A stretch of DNA of 64,000 nucleotides, from contig WHTN01000003.1 of NCBI GenBank assembly GCA_009377715.1, positions 14,396 through 78,395 of the forward strand. The letters are read 5' to 3'. Source of the stretch: Dehalococcoidia bacterium. GTDB lineage: Bacteria; Chloroflexota; Dehalococcoidia; SM23-28-2; WHTN01. Below, in pieces: positions 9,886-19,258 of this stretch (position 1 is its first letter; every line of letters starts with the position of its first letter). The notes under the pieces were generated by a model. The model searched no databases. It was not told the DNA's origin and worked only from the letters and a program-made list of their open reading frames with translations. Position numbers and translations under genes: made by a program.

Positions 9886-9945
9886 TAGCTGCAGACCCTT
9901 TAGGTCTGCCCAAAGCGTTTTGCAGGTCTGAAGACCTGCAGCTAC
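9886..9945. repeat. Nested hairpin repeat (GTAGCTGCAGACC...GGTCTGC / TGCAGGTC...GACCTGCAGCTAC), family C
   Basis: Related hairpins with shared GCAGCTACTGG / AAGCTG-CGG-TT-AA-CCGCAGG cores at 44074, 44228 and 59190-59245. Confidence 0.6.
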
Positions 9946-10052
9946 TGGGTAATGGAATTATTGACATTTTCGAACGCGAAAGCTAGACTAGCCGCGATTT
10001 TCCCACCCGTACTCTTTTCGGTTCGCTCATATAGATTCTAAGGAGTAAGAAA

Positions 10053-10250
10053 ATGGACGAGGCACGAAGAAAAGAATTGCTGGAGATGCTTGAAGCCGAA
10101 GCACGCGCCAAAGGAACGTCTAATTCAGGCGATATCGACCGCTTGAAGAAAGCGTTCGATAGCCAGTTCGGTTGGGCTTACAATAATCCGCACGCTGCTA
10201 TCGATGAAGAGAACGTCAAAAGGTTCGTTGCCCACGAGCTTAAGGGCTAA
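10053..10250 (+). CDS. Hypothetical small protein (65 aa)
   Basis: Strong RBS (AAGGAG) 8 nt upstream of the ATG. A hairpin lies downstream. Confidence 0.4.
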   Translation: MDEARRKELLEMLEAEARAKGTSNSGDIDRLKKAFDSQFGWAYNNPHAAIDEENVKRFVAHELKG

Positions 10251-10371
10251 GCATTACTCAGCGTTAGAATACGGGCGAACGAAGTTCAAGCATTTTGAAG
10301 AAACTTGAATTCCGTCCGTTCGCAATGCTTTAATTGATATGCAGCGATAGCACCGCAGTTGTTTATGCCAG

Positions 10372-10446
10372 TGCGGGAGTAGCTCAGTGGTAGAGCTCTT
10401 GCCTTCCAAGCAAGATGTCGCGGGTTCGAGTCCCGTCTCCCGCTCC
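10372..10446 (+). tRNA. tRNA-Gly (anticodon UCC)
   Basis: GCGGGAGTAGCTCAGTGGTAGAGC...anticodon loop CTTCCAA...GGTTCGAGTCC...CTCCCGCTCCA. Cloverleaf with encoded CCA. Confidence 0.9.
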
Positions 10447-10469
10447 ACTTTTGCGCTTGAGGTAAACCA

Positions 10470-10727
10470 ATGTCTGAAGATCTGAGCGGCAGCTCCAGAG
10501 TTGTTCCGGTAAAAGTTATCGCGAAGCGCATCTCCGAGATTCTCGGATCGTCGGGCGGCAGCGTTGAAGAAGCCTGCTGGGCTTTTGTCAACGAGCCGCC
10601 CGACGATCCGCTAAAGCGCCTCATGAGAGGGACGTGGGATGCCCGCGGCCGCGAGCTCCTCATTGGCTGGTACTACGAAGGCGCTAAATTCGATCTGACC
10701 GAGCCGGACAGTAACGAAAGCGCGTAA
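10470..10727 (+). CDS. Hypothetical protein (85 aa)
   Basis: ORF immediately after tRNA-Gly. No family recognised. Confidence 0.35.
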   Translation: MSEDLSGSSRVVPVKVIAKRISEILGSSGGSVEEACWAFVNEPPDDPLKRLMRGTWDARGRELLIGWYYEGAKFDLTEPDSNESA

Positions 10728-10756
10728 CTCGTTTCGGCGATCTTAGGAGGAAGCAG

Positions 10757-11022
10757 ATGCCTCGTTATATGATCAAGACTCGCATACCAAAGAAGACTGC
10801 CTAGAGCTGCTCGACGAGTTCCTCCGAGCCGGCGCGCACTATCTAACGCGCGCGGAGTGGGGCTGCAATGGTGGCGTGCACACTGCCTGGATCGTTGTCG
10901 ACGCCAAAAGCGAAGATGAGGCGCGTCACCATATCCCTCCGATAATCCGCAACAGGGCGATGCTGGTGGAGATGTGTCAGTTCACGCCGGAGCAGATAAA
11001 GGCGTTCCACGACGATAAATAA
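10757..11022 (+). CDS. Small conserved-looking protein (~88 aa) interrupted by a -1 frameshift at the CCAAAG run (~10790)
   Basis: Strong RBS AGGAGGAAGCAG-ATG. Frame A reads MPRYMIKTRIPKKTA then a stop. The -1 frame continues as ...EDCLELLDEFLRAGAHYLTRAEWGCNGGVHTAWIVVDAKSEDEARHHIPPIIRNRAMLVEMCQFTPEQIKAFHDDK*. One extra A in the homopolymer would restore a single ORF. Confidence 0.4.
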
Positions 11023-11036
11023 GCGCGGGAGAACAT

Positions 11037-11080
11037 GTCACTCTGAGCGAAGCGAAGAGTCTACGTAAGATTCAATACTA
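11037..11080. repeat. Family-B intergenic repeat copy (GTCACTCTGAGCGAAGCGAAGAGTCTACGTAAG)
   Basis: Matches modules at 22488, 27865 and 52650. Confidence 0.6.
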
Positions 11081-11134
11081 GCCAGATTCTTCTCAAATGT
11101 AGATTTGTCGCTCTGGGCGATGCGACTTACCTAG

Positions 11135-11509
11135 CTAAACAGCATCTCGTAATCGGCATTTCGAGAGCCGGTAACGGTTTCTCGCAACCCATCGATAGGC
11201 CATCACGCCCAATCGGTCCATCCCGGGCAGCGACAGGAACGCTGCTAGCGGTCTCAGCGGCGCAAACTTTCGTAAAAGCATTCTAATAGCGTAAAAGCCC
11301 TCATAGACCGCGCCGTCGTGGGTTGCATGAACGTATACACTTCTGCTGAGGTCGCTGCGCGAGACGCCTGGCGGGAGCCAGCCCGATTCCTGAGACCGTA
11401 CCCAATCGATCTCGCAGCCGGGTTCGATACGCGTAAGTGCTGCTACCGTCGCCGAGCAAAGGCCGCAGTCGCCATCGTAGTAAACCGACACTGCCATTAG
11501 ATTAGCCAT
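11135..11509 (-). CDS. Thiol-disulfide oxidoreductase DCC family (DUF393)
   Basis: YYDGDCGLC motif near the N-terminus. Likely start at the MAVSVYYDG Met (11497). Confidence 0.7.
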   Translation of the reverse strand: MANLMAVSVYYDGDCGLCSATVAALTRIEPGCEIDWVRSQESGWLPPGVSRSDLSRSVYVHATHDGAVYEGFYAIRMLLRKFAPLRPLAAFLSLPGMDRLGVMAYRWVARNRYRLSKCRLRDAV

Positions 11510-11638
11510 CCTTGGTATTCCAACTATAGATTACAATCTGGTTGAACAAAATAGCGATTTTTGTTTACCATTGTGTATGGTAGCGTTTTCAAGCGGCTTG
11601 CGAAGGATTGAATAGTCTCACTAAGAACGAGGTAAGGA

Positions 11639-12496
11639 ATGGCTAAAATTCTAAAACTGGATCACATGTTATTGGTGGGGGCAGTGATTCTTACTGTATT
11701 GTTCGCCAGCGCTATGGCGTTCTTGTTGGTATCAGGAGGTAGTCCGAAACCCACTGTGGCTCAAATTGTCGACCAGGCGTCAGAGGCATCTATTGTTCCG
11801 CCAGCGGGCAATGTGCTCTACGTCAAGACCGATATTTACCGTAGATATAAACCTGATGCGGACCAGGCGCCTGCAGAAGGCCCCGAAGGAGATAGGCCGA
11901 GTTTATATTCACTAATTCCCGAGAGAAGGATTTTTGAAGTATGGATGGAGATTGCTGATTCTGGTGGCCTCGTAAGCCAACGCTACGGGATTCTTACTGA
12001 TCAATCTGGCCAAGTTATTCAGGAGGAACTCTATGATGGGGATGCTGAATTCCTTCATGAGGCTTTTCTTAATAGGGTAATAAAGTTTCCTGATCAGGAG
12101 CCCCCAAAGGCTGGCGTAACTATCAATATTGATGAACTACTGGCAGCGGACAATGCAGAACTGATCGGTGAAGGTTCATTGGCTGGGGAATCAGTGTATA
12201 TCATTGAGGTTAGACGCGTACCTACGCCCGGAGAGCTAAAGCAGGAAGGGGACTATGTCTCCCCTTACTATGCCGATCTAGCGCCTGTTGAACTGGTGTC
12301 ACGCTATCAGATAGCGAAAGATTTCTACTTTCCATCAGGCAGGGAGCTATTTGCCGTTCAGGCGGACGGTTCTCGCCACTTGGTAAGCCATAACCTAAAA
12401 GTTGAGATATCTACGATGCCCGCAAGCCAGCTTCCGGATGACTTCTTTAGCCTCAAGCATGCTGCTGGCGCTGATGTAGTTGAGGCAAAGCGCTAG
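11639..12496 (+). CDS. Hypothetical membrane-anchored extracytoplasmic protein
   Basis: N-terminal TM helix then a soluble domain. Lies in a low-GC stretch. No confident family. Confidence 0.45.
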   Translation: MAKILKLDHMLLVGAVILTVLFASAMAFLLVSGGSPKPTVAQIVDQASEASIVPPAGNVLYVKTDIYRRYKPDADQAPAEGPEGDRPSLYSLIPERRIFEVWMEIADSGGLVSQRYGILTDQSGQVIQEELYDGDAEFLHEAFLNRVIKFPDQEPPKAGVTINIDELLAADNAELIGEGSLAGESVYIIEVRRVPTPGELKQEGDYVSPYYADLAPVELVSRYQIAKDFYFPSGRELFAVQADGSRHLVSHNLKVEISTMPASQLPDDFFSLKHAAGADVVEAKR

Positions 12497-12508
12497 GAGG
12501 CCAGGAAG

Positions 12509-13033
12509 ATGAAACTTATATTCAAAGTTAGCGTCGTTCTCGCATTGTCCTTACTTAGCGTAATTCTTTCACAAAGGGATTCGACCGCATACCACCTTAT
12601 GACTTGTAGTTCGGACTATATTGAAGGAATCGAAGGGCATACGTTATCAGGATATAACTGCATGAGTTTTGAAGACGGTACAGGATTTAGCTGGTTTAAT
12701 CGCAGCTGGGGAGCTTGGAACCCGGCTGGTTATATAATCATCGAAGAGGTCGAAGGTTATGATAGGTGTGAATCGACTGACCCATGGGACCTAAGGATTA
12801 ACGACTCAGATTACGCATTCTATACACAAGTACTGTGGGTTGACGCTTACGGCACGGTTCAGGACTGTGGGCAAACTCAACAGCATGAATATAGAAGTAT
12901 CGGCAAGCATTATTGGGAAGATCCATCAGGAGACCTATTAAGGGAGGTATGGACGTTCGTGTTCCTTTTGGGGCTGCTTAGGCTTTCACCCAGGTGCCGT
13001 TGTATCTCTCCGGGAAGCCGGGCGCCTGTTTGA
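12509..13033 (+). CDS. Hypothetical secreted Cys-containing protein (the 3' end overlaps the convergent gene; the true stop may be earlier)
   Basis: Signal peptide, several Cys and Trp residues. Low-GC stretch. No family recognised. Confidence 0.35.
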   Translation: MKLIFKVSVVLALSLLSVILSQRDSTAYHLMTCSSDYIEGIEGHTLSGYNCMSFEDGTGFSWFNRSWGAWNPAGYIIIEEVEGYDRCESTDPWDLRINDSDYAFYTQVLWVDAYGTVQDCGQTQQHEYRSIGKHYWEDPSGDLLREVWTFVFLLGLLRLSPRCRCISPGSRAPV

Positions 13034-14726
13034 ATCCGCCGACCCTTGGCGATACTGCGAACTCCCCGTTCGGTACGTAAAGGGGGATGTGGAGGGCCAG
13101 GTCGATGCTTTTCCTCATGATCTCCTGGAGGATAGACTTCCGTCTCTCGGGCTCATCGAGTATGACGGCCTGCTGGTCGATCAGTGCGTCCAGCGGAGAA
13201 CCGACCTGCTCGAATATCGTAGCGTCGTTTCCGCTGCTGTGGAACCAGGTGTAAAGCTGGCCGTTCGGGCCGCCACCACCGGGGCGATGGCTGCTCAGGT
13301 TCAATTCGAACTCGCCGCGCACGAACACGCGCTCGGTGATCTCGACCCTATCGATGATCCTGATTTCTGGAGCGAGGTTTACCTCGCGGAACTGTCCCAC
13401 GAGCAACTCAGCCGACCTCACCTGGTCCGATTGTGGCAGGCCAGCATCGAGTACGGGCTTCCAGGTGTTGAGATCGACGCCGGCAGCCTGGAACAGTTGC
13501 CTTGCTGCCTGGATGTCGCGACCCAGGAGGCTGTCGATCTCCGACTGCGGTAGGTGCCAGTCGGTCGAAGGTACGAAGAACCCCGGGTTGACGTAGCCGC
13601 TCCCGAATAGCACGGCGTCGATAAGGCCCTTACGATCGATCAACTTGGAGATGCCCTGACGCACCCGCTGGTCTCTAGTGGGTCCGTTTACGCCGGAAGC
13701 CATGAGCGGGATCCAGCCCTGCAGCTGCAACAGCTTGGCGTCCTGTACAGTTAGATCGGGAATGCTTTGCCTTAGGAGCTGCGTGATCTGGCCGTTAGTG
13801 TTTTGTATCAGCCCCTGTCCGGTGCGGAAAGCTGACTGCTCGGTCTGCTGGTCGGCTACAATGGTTCTCTGCCAGGTGGCAAGATAGGGAATACCTTGTT
13901 CCCAGTAGTTAGGATTCGCTTGCATAGTTATCTGCTGCACAGGGATGTGCTCACCGAATAGCCAGGGCCCTGAACCTATCGTAGGGCCGTTTTGCAAATT
14001 GCCGTTTACGTTAACGGCTTCCGGAGCCGCAATCTTAGCCCGCACTTCGGACATCGCCCAAACGAAGTCCGCATCCGCCCGCTTCAACTTAATTTCGACC
14101 GTCCTTGGATCAGTTGCAGTAATGGTGTCCACCGCGTTTAGAATACCGGCATTCGTACGCTCAGACCGTATACGTTCGAGGCTGAAGACAATATCCGCAG
14201 CCGTGACGTCGCGCCCGCTTACGGGAGGTACGTTTTGCCATTTCAAACCCTGGCGAACCTTGAAAACGTATGTCGTGGGGTCAACAGTCTCAAAGCTCTC
14301 AGTGACGTCGCCTGTGAACTCGATTGAATCCGGGTATTTGCCCAGATCGAGGTTTAACGGTCTCCCATAGGCGATCGCCGGCCCTGTGTCATGCAAAGCC
14401 AGGAACGATTGAGAGTGGGGGTCCATATGAGGGAAGTCGCTGGTGTCGAAGGTCACTAGGCTTAGCGTGCCTCCTCGCTGGGGCTGCTGGGCCCCACCAC
14501 CGGTGGGCGAAGTCGTACCTGACGGCGATTCCTCGTCGTCACCACAGCCGATTACCGCCGCGGCTGCTAGCCCGGCACTGCCAAGTGCTGCCCCCTGTAG
14601 CATACGGCGGCGGCTTAGTCGTCGCTGCCAGAGGCGGTTCCAATAGTTATGCTCTTCAACCATGTAAAAGTCACTCCTCCATAAACTGATTAAATAATCT
14701 ATACAATCGAAAACACTTAGTGTCAA
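12978..14726 (-). CDS. ABC transporter substrate-binding protein, family 5 (peptide/nickel), Tat-signal lipoprotein
   Basis: RRRMLQGAALGSAGLAAAAVIGC (twin-Arg plus lipobox) followed by SBP_bac_5-like sequence. The start is possibly an internal Met near 14663. Confidence 0.8.
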   Translation of the reverse strand: MTLSVFDCIDYLISLWRSDFYMVEEHNYWNRLWQRRLSRRRMLQGAALGSAGLAAAAVIGCGDDEESPSGTTSPTGGGAQQPQRGGTLSLVTFDTSDFPHMDPHSQSFLALHDTGPAIAYGRPLNLDLGKYPDSIEFTGDVTESFETVDPTTYVFKVRQGLKWQNVPPVSGRDVTAADIVFSLERIRSERTNAGILNAVDTITATDPRTVEIKLKRADADFVWAMSEVRAKIAAPEAVNVNGNLQNGPTIGSGPWLFGEHIPVQQITMQANPNYWEQGIPYLATWQRTIVADQQTEQSAFRTGQGLIQNTNGQITQLLRQSIPDLTVQDAKLLQLQGWIPLMASGVNGPTRDQRVRQGISKLIDRKGLIDAVLFGSGYVNPGFFVPSTDWHLPQSEIDSLLGRDIQAARQLFQAAGVDLNTWKPVLDAGLPQSDQVRSAELLVGQFREVNLAPEIRIIDRVEITERVFVRGEFELNLSSHRPGGGGPNGQLYTWFHSSGNDATIFEQVGSPLDALIDQQAVILDEPERRKSILQEIMRKSIDLALHIPLYVPNGEFAVSPRVGGFKQAPGFPERYNGTWVKA

Positions 14727-14819
14727 CTATTGGAGTATAAAATAGCTTTTTGAGAGGATACTTATGCAGTCGGGGATAGTACCGTGAATTTCAAGCAGGG
14801 CTGAACTATGTTTAGTCTG

Positions 14820-15356
14820 TTATCTGCCTACCTCGACCTTGTGCCGGTCGTATTCGGCCTGTTCAAGCTCCTGCGAATCGGCTATGACGCCTAGGTGATG
14901 CCGGAAGACCATCTCCCCGCCGAGCCAGCCGGATATCGCTAATATAATGACGCCTACGGCGTGCAGCGCCAGGACGGCTGTCAGACGCTGCCCGGTTACC
15001 GCGCCATCATCCGCCATCAAAATCGCGGCGGCTACGAAGATGCCTACTGTCGTTAGATTTATGATCATATGGGCGGTGGCAATGCCTCTGGCCTTGCTGT
15101 AGACGGCCATCGAGAAATAATCGGCGAACCCCGGGACGGCCGCCATTAGGCCCATAAAAGTAGCGCCGATCCCTGTCCAGAAAGAGATGTCGTACCAAGT
15201 CTGGTCTTTATCGGTCGCCAGATAAACGAAATCCGCGATCAACGTCCAGACGAATAGGCCGATCGCCAACGGCACTAGCATCGGATGTATAGGATGACCC
15301 TCAATAGCAAAACGACTCCGCATGCTAGACCTCCGATTTGATAGAACGAGACCCAA
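14820..15356 (-). CDS. DUF2231-like multi-pass membrane protein
   Basis: Hydrophobic 4-TM pattern with a conserved His pair. Directly downstream of the UbiA gene. Confidence 0.45.
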   Translation of the reverse strand: MGLVLSNRRSSMRSRFAIEGHPIHPMLVPLAIGLFVWTLIADFVYLATDKDQTWYDISFWTGIGATFMGLMAAVPGFADYFSMAVYSKARGIATAHMIINLTTVGIFVAAAILMADDGAVTGQRLTAVLALHAVGVIILAISGWLGGEMVFRHHLGVIADSQELEQAEYDRHKVEVGR

Positions 15357-15453
15357 TGTTACTTAGATAGTCTAGACTGAAATCTATTAAAACAGGGTAA
15401 ATAGAAAAGAGGTCGGCATAACAAAACGGTATCGAACTTATATGCGCGCAGAA

Positions 15454-16308
15454 CTATAAAGCCGCTAGCCAGCTGGTCGCCAAGGCGATAGAGCTTCCCA
15501 TTATCGCTGGCCAGTGCGCAGACTTGTACCGGGACGTTGTCGATATTACAGCCGTTACGAGCAGCCCGACTGATGCGAAGAACAAAGCGTTCGGCATTCC
15601 CAACCCTGGCCACAGCCCCACGGCTAGGGCTTGCGCCAGCAGGACCGATAGCCAGCAAGCCAGATACGCCTGCTTGGGTGTCAAGCGATGCGCCAGTCCT
15701 TCGATCCCATGCGCTGCGTCCGATTTGATATCTATGATGGTATCGGCCAGATGGATCGCTATCACCAAGGGAGCGCCGCTCACGTAGGCCAAGCAGAGCT
15801 GAAAATCGAAACGGCCGACTGCTTCGAAGGCAGCGAGAGGCAGAGTCGGTAGGCCTACCCAGAACGGCAGCCAGCTCAAAGCCGTGCTTTTAAGCCATGC
15901 GTTGTAGACAAAGCCGGCCGCTACGCCGATAGCGACCAAAACTGCCAGGCCTAGGCTAAGAAAGCCGGCGACGGCAATTCCAGCGCCTGCTAAGAGTACA
16001 GCAAAACCCAAAGCGGTTGACGGCTTCACGTAGCCTTGAGGCAGCGCCCGCCACGGTTTCGTTGAGGCGTCCAGTTCGCGGTCGCAGTAGTCATTATGGA
16101 GCGATATCGCGAGCTGCGTGAGCAGCAACGAACTCAACAGCACTGCCAGTTCCACCGCCGGTGGCCAGCCGGTGACCGCGGTGGCAGCGAAGGCTGTCGT
16201 GCCGAGCAATACGGCGATGATCGGCGGCAGGTGCAGCAACTCGACATAAGCGATAAGCCTAGGCCAGGAGCCGCTATGACGAAGACGGTAAACGTTCGAG
16301 GTTTCCAT
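15454..16308 (-). CDS. UbiA family aromatic prenyltransferase
   Basis: Polytopic membrane protein with the NDYCDRELD Asp-rich motif. Start placed at METSNVYRL to avoid overlap with the KAS gene. Confidence 0.7.
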   Translation of the reverse strand: METSNVYRLRHSGSWPRLIAYVELLHLPPIIAVLLGTTAFAATAVTGWPPAVELAVLLSSLLLTQLAISLHNDYCDRELDASTKPWRALPQGYVKPSTALGFAVLLAGAGIAVAGFLSLGLAVLVAIGVAAGFVYNAWLKSTALSWLPFWVGLPTLPLAAFEAVGRFDFQLCLAYVSGAPLVIAIHLADTIIDIKSDAAHGIEGLAHRLTPKQAYLACWLSVLLAQALAVGLWPGLGMPNALFFASVGLLVTAVISTTSRYKSAHWPAIMGSSIALATSWLAAL

Positions 16309-16321
16309 ATATTCGATACGT

Positions 16322-17572
16322 TTAGAGGTTGCGCCAGCGACCCAGCACAAGGCTGGCGTTGATGCCGCCGAAGCCGAAAGAGTTCTTGATCGCATAATCG
16401 GCTTCGATTTGTTGTCCACAGGGAGGCACGTGGTTCAATTCACAGGCGCTATCGGGACAGACTAGGTTCGCAGTGGGCGGTAGCCAGCCACGGTTCAACG
16501 CCATCGCTGTAATCGCCGTCTCGATAGCGCCTGTGGCGCCTAAGGGGTGGCCGTGCAGCCCTTTCGTGCCGCTTACATAAGTCGTGTCGGCGTGCTTTTG
16601 TAAGGCAAGGCGTATAGCGGCGGCCTCCGCGGCGTCGCCCAGGGGAGTGCCGGTCGCGTGGGCGTTCAAATACCCGATCTGCGCAGGAGAGATCTCGGCG
16701 TCGTCGAGGGCCTGTTCGATGGCCCGGGCCGCTTGCTTCGCGGAGGGCAACGGTTCCGTCATGTGATATGCGTCGTTCGTCAAGCCGTAGCCTAAGACCT
16801 CGGCGTGAGGTCGGGCGCCGCGCTCCAGGGCGTGTTCTAGCTCTTCCAATATAAGGACAGCAGCTCCCTCACCCATCATGAAGCCATCGCGGTCTTGATC
16901 GAAGGGCCGACAGGCGTGTTGGGGGTCGTCGTTATGTGTCGTCATGGCCTTGATCACGGAAAACGCGCCGAACGTTAGCGGCGCGAGTGGAGCTTCCGCT
17001 CCTCCGGCTAAAGCGAGGCTCGCACCGCCGGAGCGGATCAGCCGGAAAGCTTCACCGATAGCCACGACGCCGGATGCGCAGGAGTTCGCGTTGCCGATGA
17101 CCGGTCCATTTATGCCGAACTCGATTGAGACATTCGTTGCACCGGCGCCGCCGAAAACGGCGAGCGCGAGCATCGGGGCGGCCGCTTTTATACCTCCGGT
17201 CAAAAATCGCTCGTGCTGTTGCTCTGCGAAGGCGATCCCTCCCAGGGCGCTCCCTAGATAAATAGCTGTCGTTTCGCGGTCGAAGCAGGTTTCACTGAGG
17301 CCGGCGTCATGGAGCGCTTGCTTACTCGCGGCGATGGCAAACTGCGAATAGCGGTCGAGTCGGTGAGTTTTGCGCTCATCGATATAGTCCAGCGGATCGA
17401 AGTCCGAAATCTCCATCGCAACCTGTGAGCGAAAAGGAGAGGCGTCGAAGCGGGAGATCGACCGTCCAGCCAGAGTCCCTGCTTTAACGCCTCTCCAGAG
17501 GCCCTCGCGTCCCGAACCGATCGGCGTGATCGCCCCGATGCCGGTTATGACGACGCGACGGTCTGCCTTCAT
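16322..17572 (-). CDS. Beta-ketoacyl-ACP synthase (KAS I/II-like)
   Basis: Active-site Cys (NANSCASG) and His-His (LNAHATGT, GLHGHPLGA). Thiolase fold length. Confidence 0.8.
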   Translation of the reverse strand: MKADRRVVITGIGAITPIGSGREGLWRGVKAGTLAGRSISRFDASPFRSQVAMEISDFDPLDYIDERKTHRLDRYSQFAIAASKQALHDAGLSETCFDRETTAIYLGSALGGIAFAEQQHERFLTGGIKAAAPMLALAVFGGAGATNVSIEFGINGPVIGNANSCASGVVAIGEAFRLIRSGGASLALAGGAEAPLAPLTFGAFSVIKAMTTHNDDPQHACRPFDQDRDGFMMGEGAAVLILEELEHALERGARPHAEVLGYGLTNDAYHMTEPLPSAKQAARAIEQALDDAEISPAQIGYLNAHATGTPLGDAAEAAAIRLALQKHADTTYVSGTKGLHGHPLGATGAIETAITAMALNRGWLPPTANLVCPDSACELNHVPPCGQQIEADYAIKNSFGFGGINASLVLGRWRNL

Positions 17573-18045
17573 TTACCCTCCGTCGATTCGGTTGTCTGTA
17601 GAGCGCCCTGGCTTTCGGCTAAGGCTTTGATCGTCTGCAGGGTTTTGCCTGCGATGTACGCGACGAACAGCGGCCCGATGATGCGATTCGCCACCCAACC
17701 GCCGATAAGCGGCCAGCGAAGCCGCAGGTCGTGCCGTATCGTCACTTTCACCGCTTCTGGGCCGGGCTCAAACGTCCAGGCGACGTCCATCCCCTTGGTG
17801 ATGCCTCCGACGTGGTGGTAGGTTATCGTTGGCTCGTCCGGGATCAGTTCCTGCACTGCCATCCAACGGACGGGGATCCAGCCCCTCCGCGCCGCCATCT
17901 CGGCCAGGCGGCGGTTGCCTTCTTCCCGCACTACGCGCACCCAGCGGTAATGCGGCAGGATATCCGGCCAGCGGTCGATTTCGGAGGCGTACTTGTAGAC
18001 CGTTTCAAGTGACGCCTGGATTACGGCAGAATTTTCAGTATGCAT
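17569..18045 (-). CDS. SRPBCC superfamily protein (polyketide cyclase/dehydrase or Coq10-like lipid-binding)
   Basis: 158 aa with a START/Bet v1-like pattern. 4-nt overlap with the KAS gene. Confidence 0.55.
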   Translation of the reverse strand: MHTENSAVIQASLETVYKYASEIDRWPDILPHYRWVRVVREEGNRRLAEMAARRGWIPVRWMAVQELIPDEPTITYHHVGGITKGMDVAWTFEPGPEAVKVTIRHDLRLRWPLIGGWVANRIIGPLFVAYIAGKTLQTIKALAESQGALQTTESTEGK

Positions 18046-18055
18046 CTCTCTTCCC

Positions 18056-19258
18056 TTATGGCTTTAACAGCGACCACAGATAACGCGGCCTTAGCACCTT
18101 TCCCGCCGGCGAATAATCGCCCAGCACTTCCGTCAGACCGCGCGCTACCTGCGCTCTGGCAGCCAGCCGGTCGATTACGTAGTCGAACAGCTTCGGCTTG
18201 CCTAAAAAGAACTGAACGAGCGAACAAACGCGCTCCTTATCGGCGAAAGCCGACCTGCGTGCCGCCGCATAACCGATAGGAACGTTAGATTCCTCGCGAA
18301 GTGCCGCTTCTAGCGACGCCGTAGCTAGCTCCGCTCCCCGTAGCGCTCGATAGATACCTTCGCCCGTGAAGGGGTCGCGGAAGCCGGCGGCGTCGCCGAC
18401 CAGCAAGTAGCCTGGGCCTACCACGTTCCTGACTTTATGGGCCAACGGCCCGATCCCACGTACCGGCGTCACACGCCGGGCCGGCCCCAGAGCGGCCCTG
18501 ACGCCAGGGAATTCCGCAACCCTTTTGTCGAAATAAGGTTCCATCGGCCCTCGGTCGGTCGGGCGCTCGAGGTCTTCTACCAGCCCAACGTTGACTAGGC
18601 CGTTGCCGACCGGCGCTAGGCCGCAGTACACCTTCCGCCCTGTGTGCATTTCGCCGTAGTCCGTGATAGCCGCAGCGCCCTCATAACGCGCCACCAGGCC
18701 GATCCGGCGCGGCCAGTCTGGATCCGCGTTTAGGCCTAACGATCGGGAGATGACAGAGTGCACGCCGTCCGCACCAACGACGAAGCTGGCGCTTATAGTT
18801 TGTTCATCGCCATAACCTGACCTCGCTCTCACGCCTGCCACGCGGCCATCTTCGACGATCACATCCGAAACTCGTATATGCTCCCGGACCTCGGCTCCGC
18901 AATCGCGTGCATAAGTTAGAAGGGCGTTGTCGAATAGAGGCCGGGATATGCCCATCGCGTGACGGCTACATAATCCGGTCTGGGAATCAGCATAACTTTG
19001 GAGGAAGCTGTTGTGCCGGCCGAAAATCCTCATACCCCTTACTAGCGATAGGTTTAAAGCACTTACTTTCTCCATCGCGCCAAGGCGTTCCAAGACATCC
19101 ATCGTGCCTGGACTAAAGTACTCGGCGCAAGGTTTCTCACGCGGAAACTTCGCCTTCTCCAGCACCAAGACATAATGCCCTAGTCTTGCCAGCGAGGCGG
19201 CAGTAGCCGCGCCAGCTGGGCCGCCGCCTACAACAATAACGTCGAAACGCTCTCTCAT
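18056..19258 (-). CDS. FAD-dependent oxidoreductase, geranylgeranyl reductase family
   Basis: VIVVGGGPAGAATAASLARLGHYVLVLEK dinucleotide-binding motif, then geranylgeranyl-reductase-like sequence. Confidence 0.75.
   Translation of the reverse strand: MRERFDVIVVGGGPAGAATAASLARLGHYVLVLEKAKFPREKPCAEYFSPGTMDVLERLGAMEKVSALNLSLVRGMRIFGRHNSFLQSYADSQTGLCSRHAMGISRPLFDNALLTYARDCGAEVREHIRVSDVIVEDGRVAGVRARSGYGDEQTISASFVVGADGVHSVISRSLGLNADPDWPRRIGLVARYEGAAAITDYGEMHTGRKVYCGLAPVGNGLVNVGLVEDLERPTDRGPMEPYFDKRVAEFPGVRAALGPARRVTPVRGIGPLAHKVRNVVGPGYLLVGDAAGFRDPFTGEGIYRALRGAELATASLEAALREESNVPIGYAAARRSAFADKERVCSLVQFFLGKPKLFDYVIDRLAARAQVARGLTEVLGDYSPAGKVLRPRYLWSLLKP

Noticed and set aside
9660-10050. Possible structured ncRNA or small gene in the 390-bp glgP downstream spacer
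   Set aside because: The content is fully explained by recognisable repeat modules and nested hairpins shared with other intergenic sites. There is no ORF with an RBS.
13089-13553. Numerous 60-150-aa ORFs antisense to large genes (for example 13089..13553, 41437..41997, 60725..61102, 36525..36860)
   Set aside because: These are typical stop-codon-poor antisense frames in high-GC DNA. They have Arg/Ala/Pro-rich low-complexity translations, no RBS, and overlap well-supported genes.
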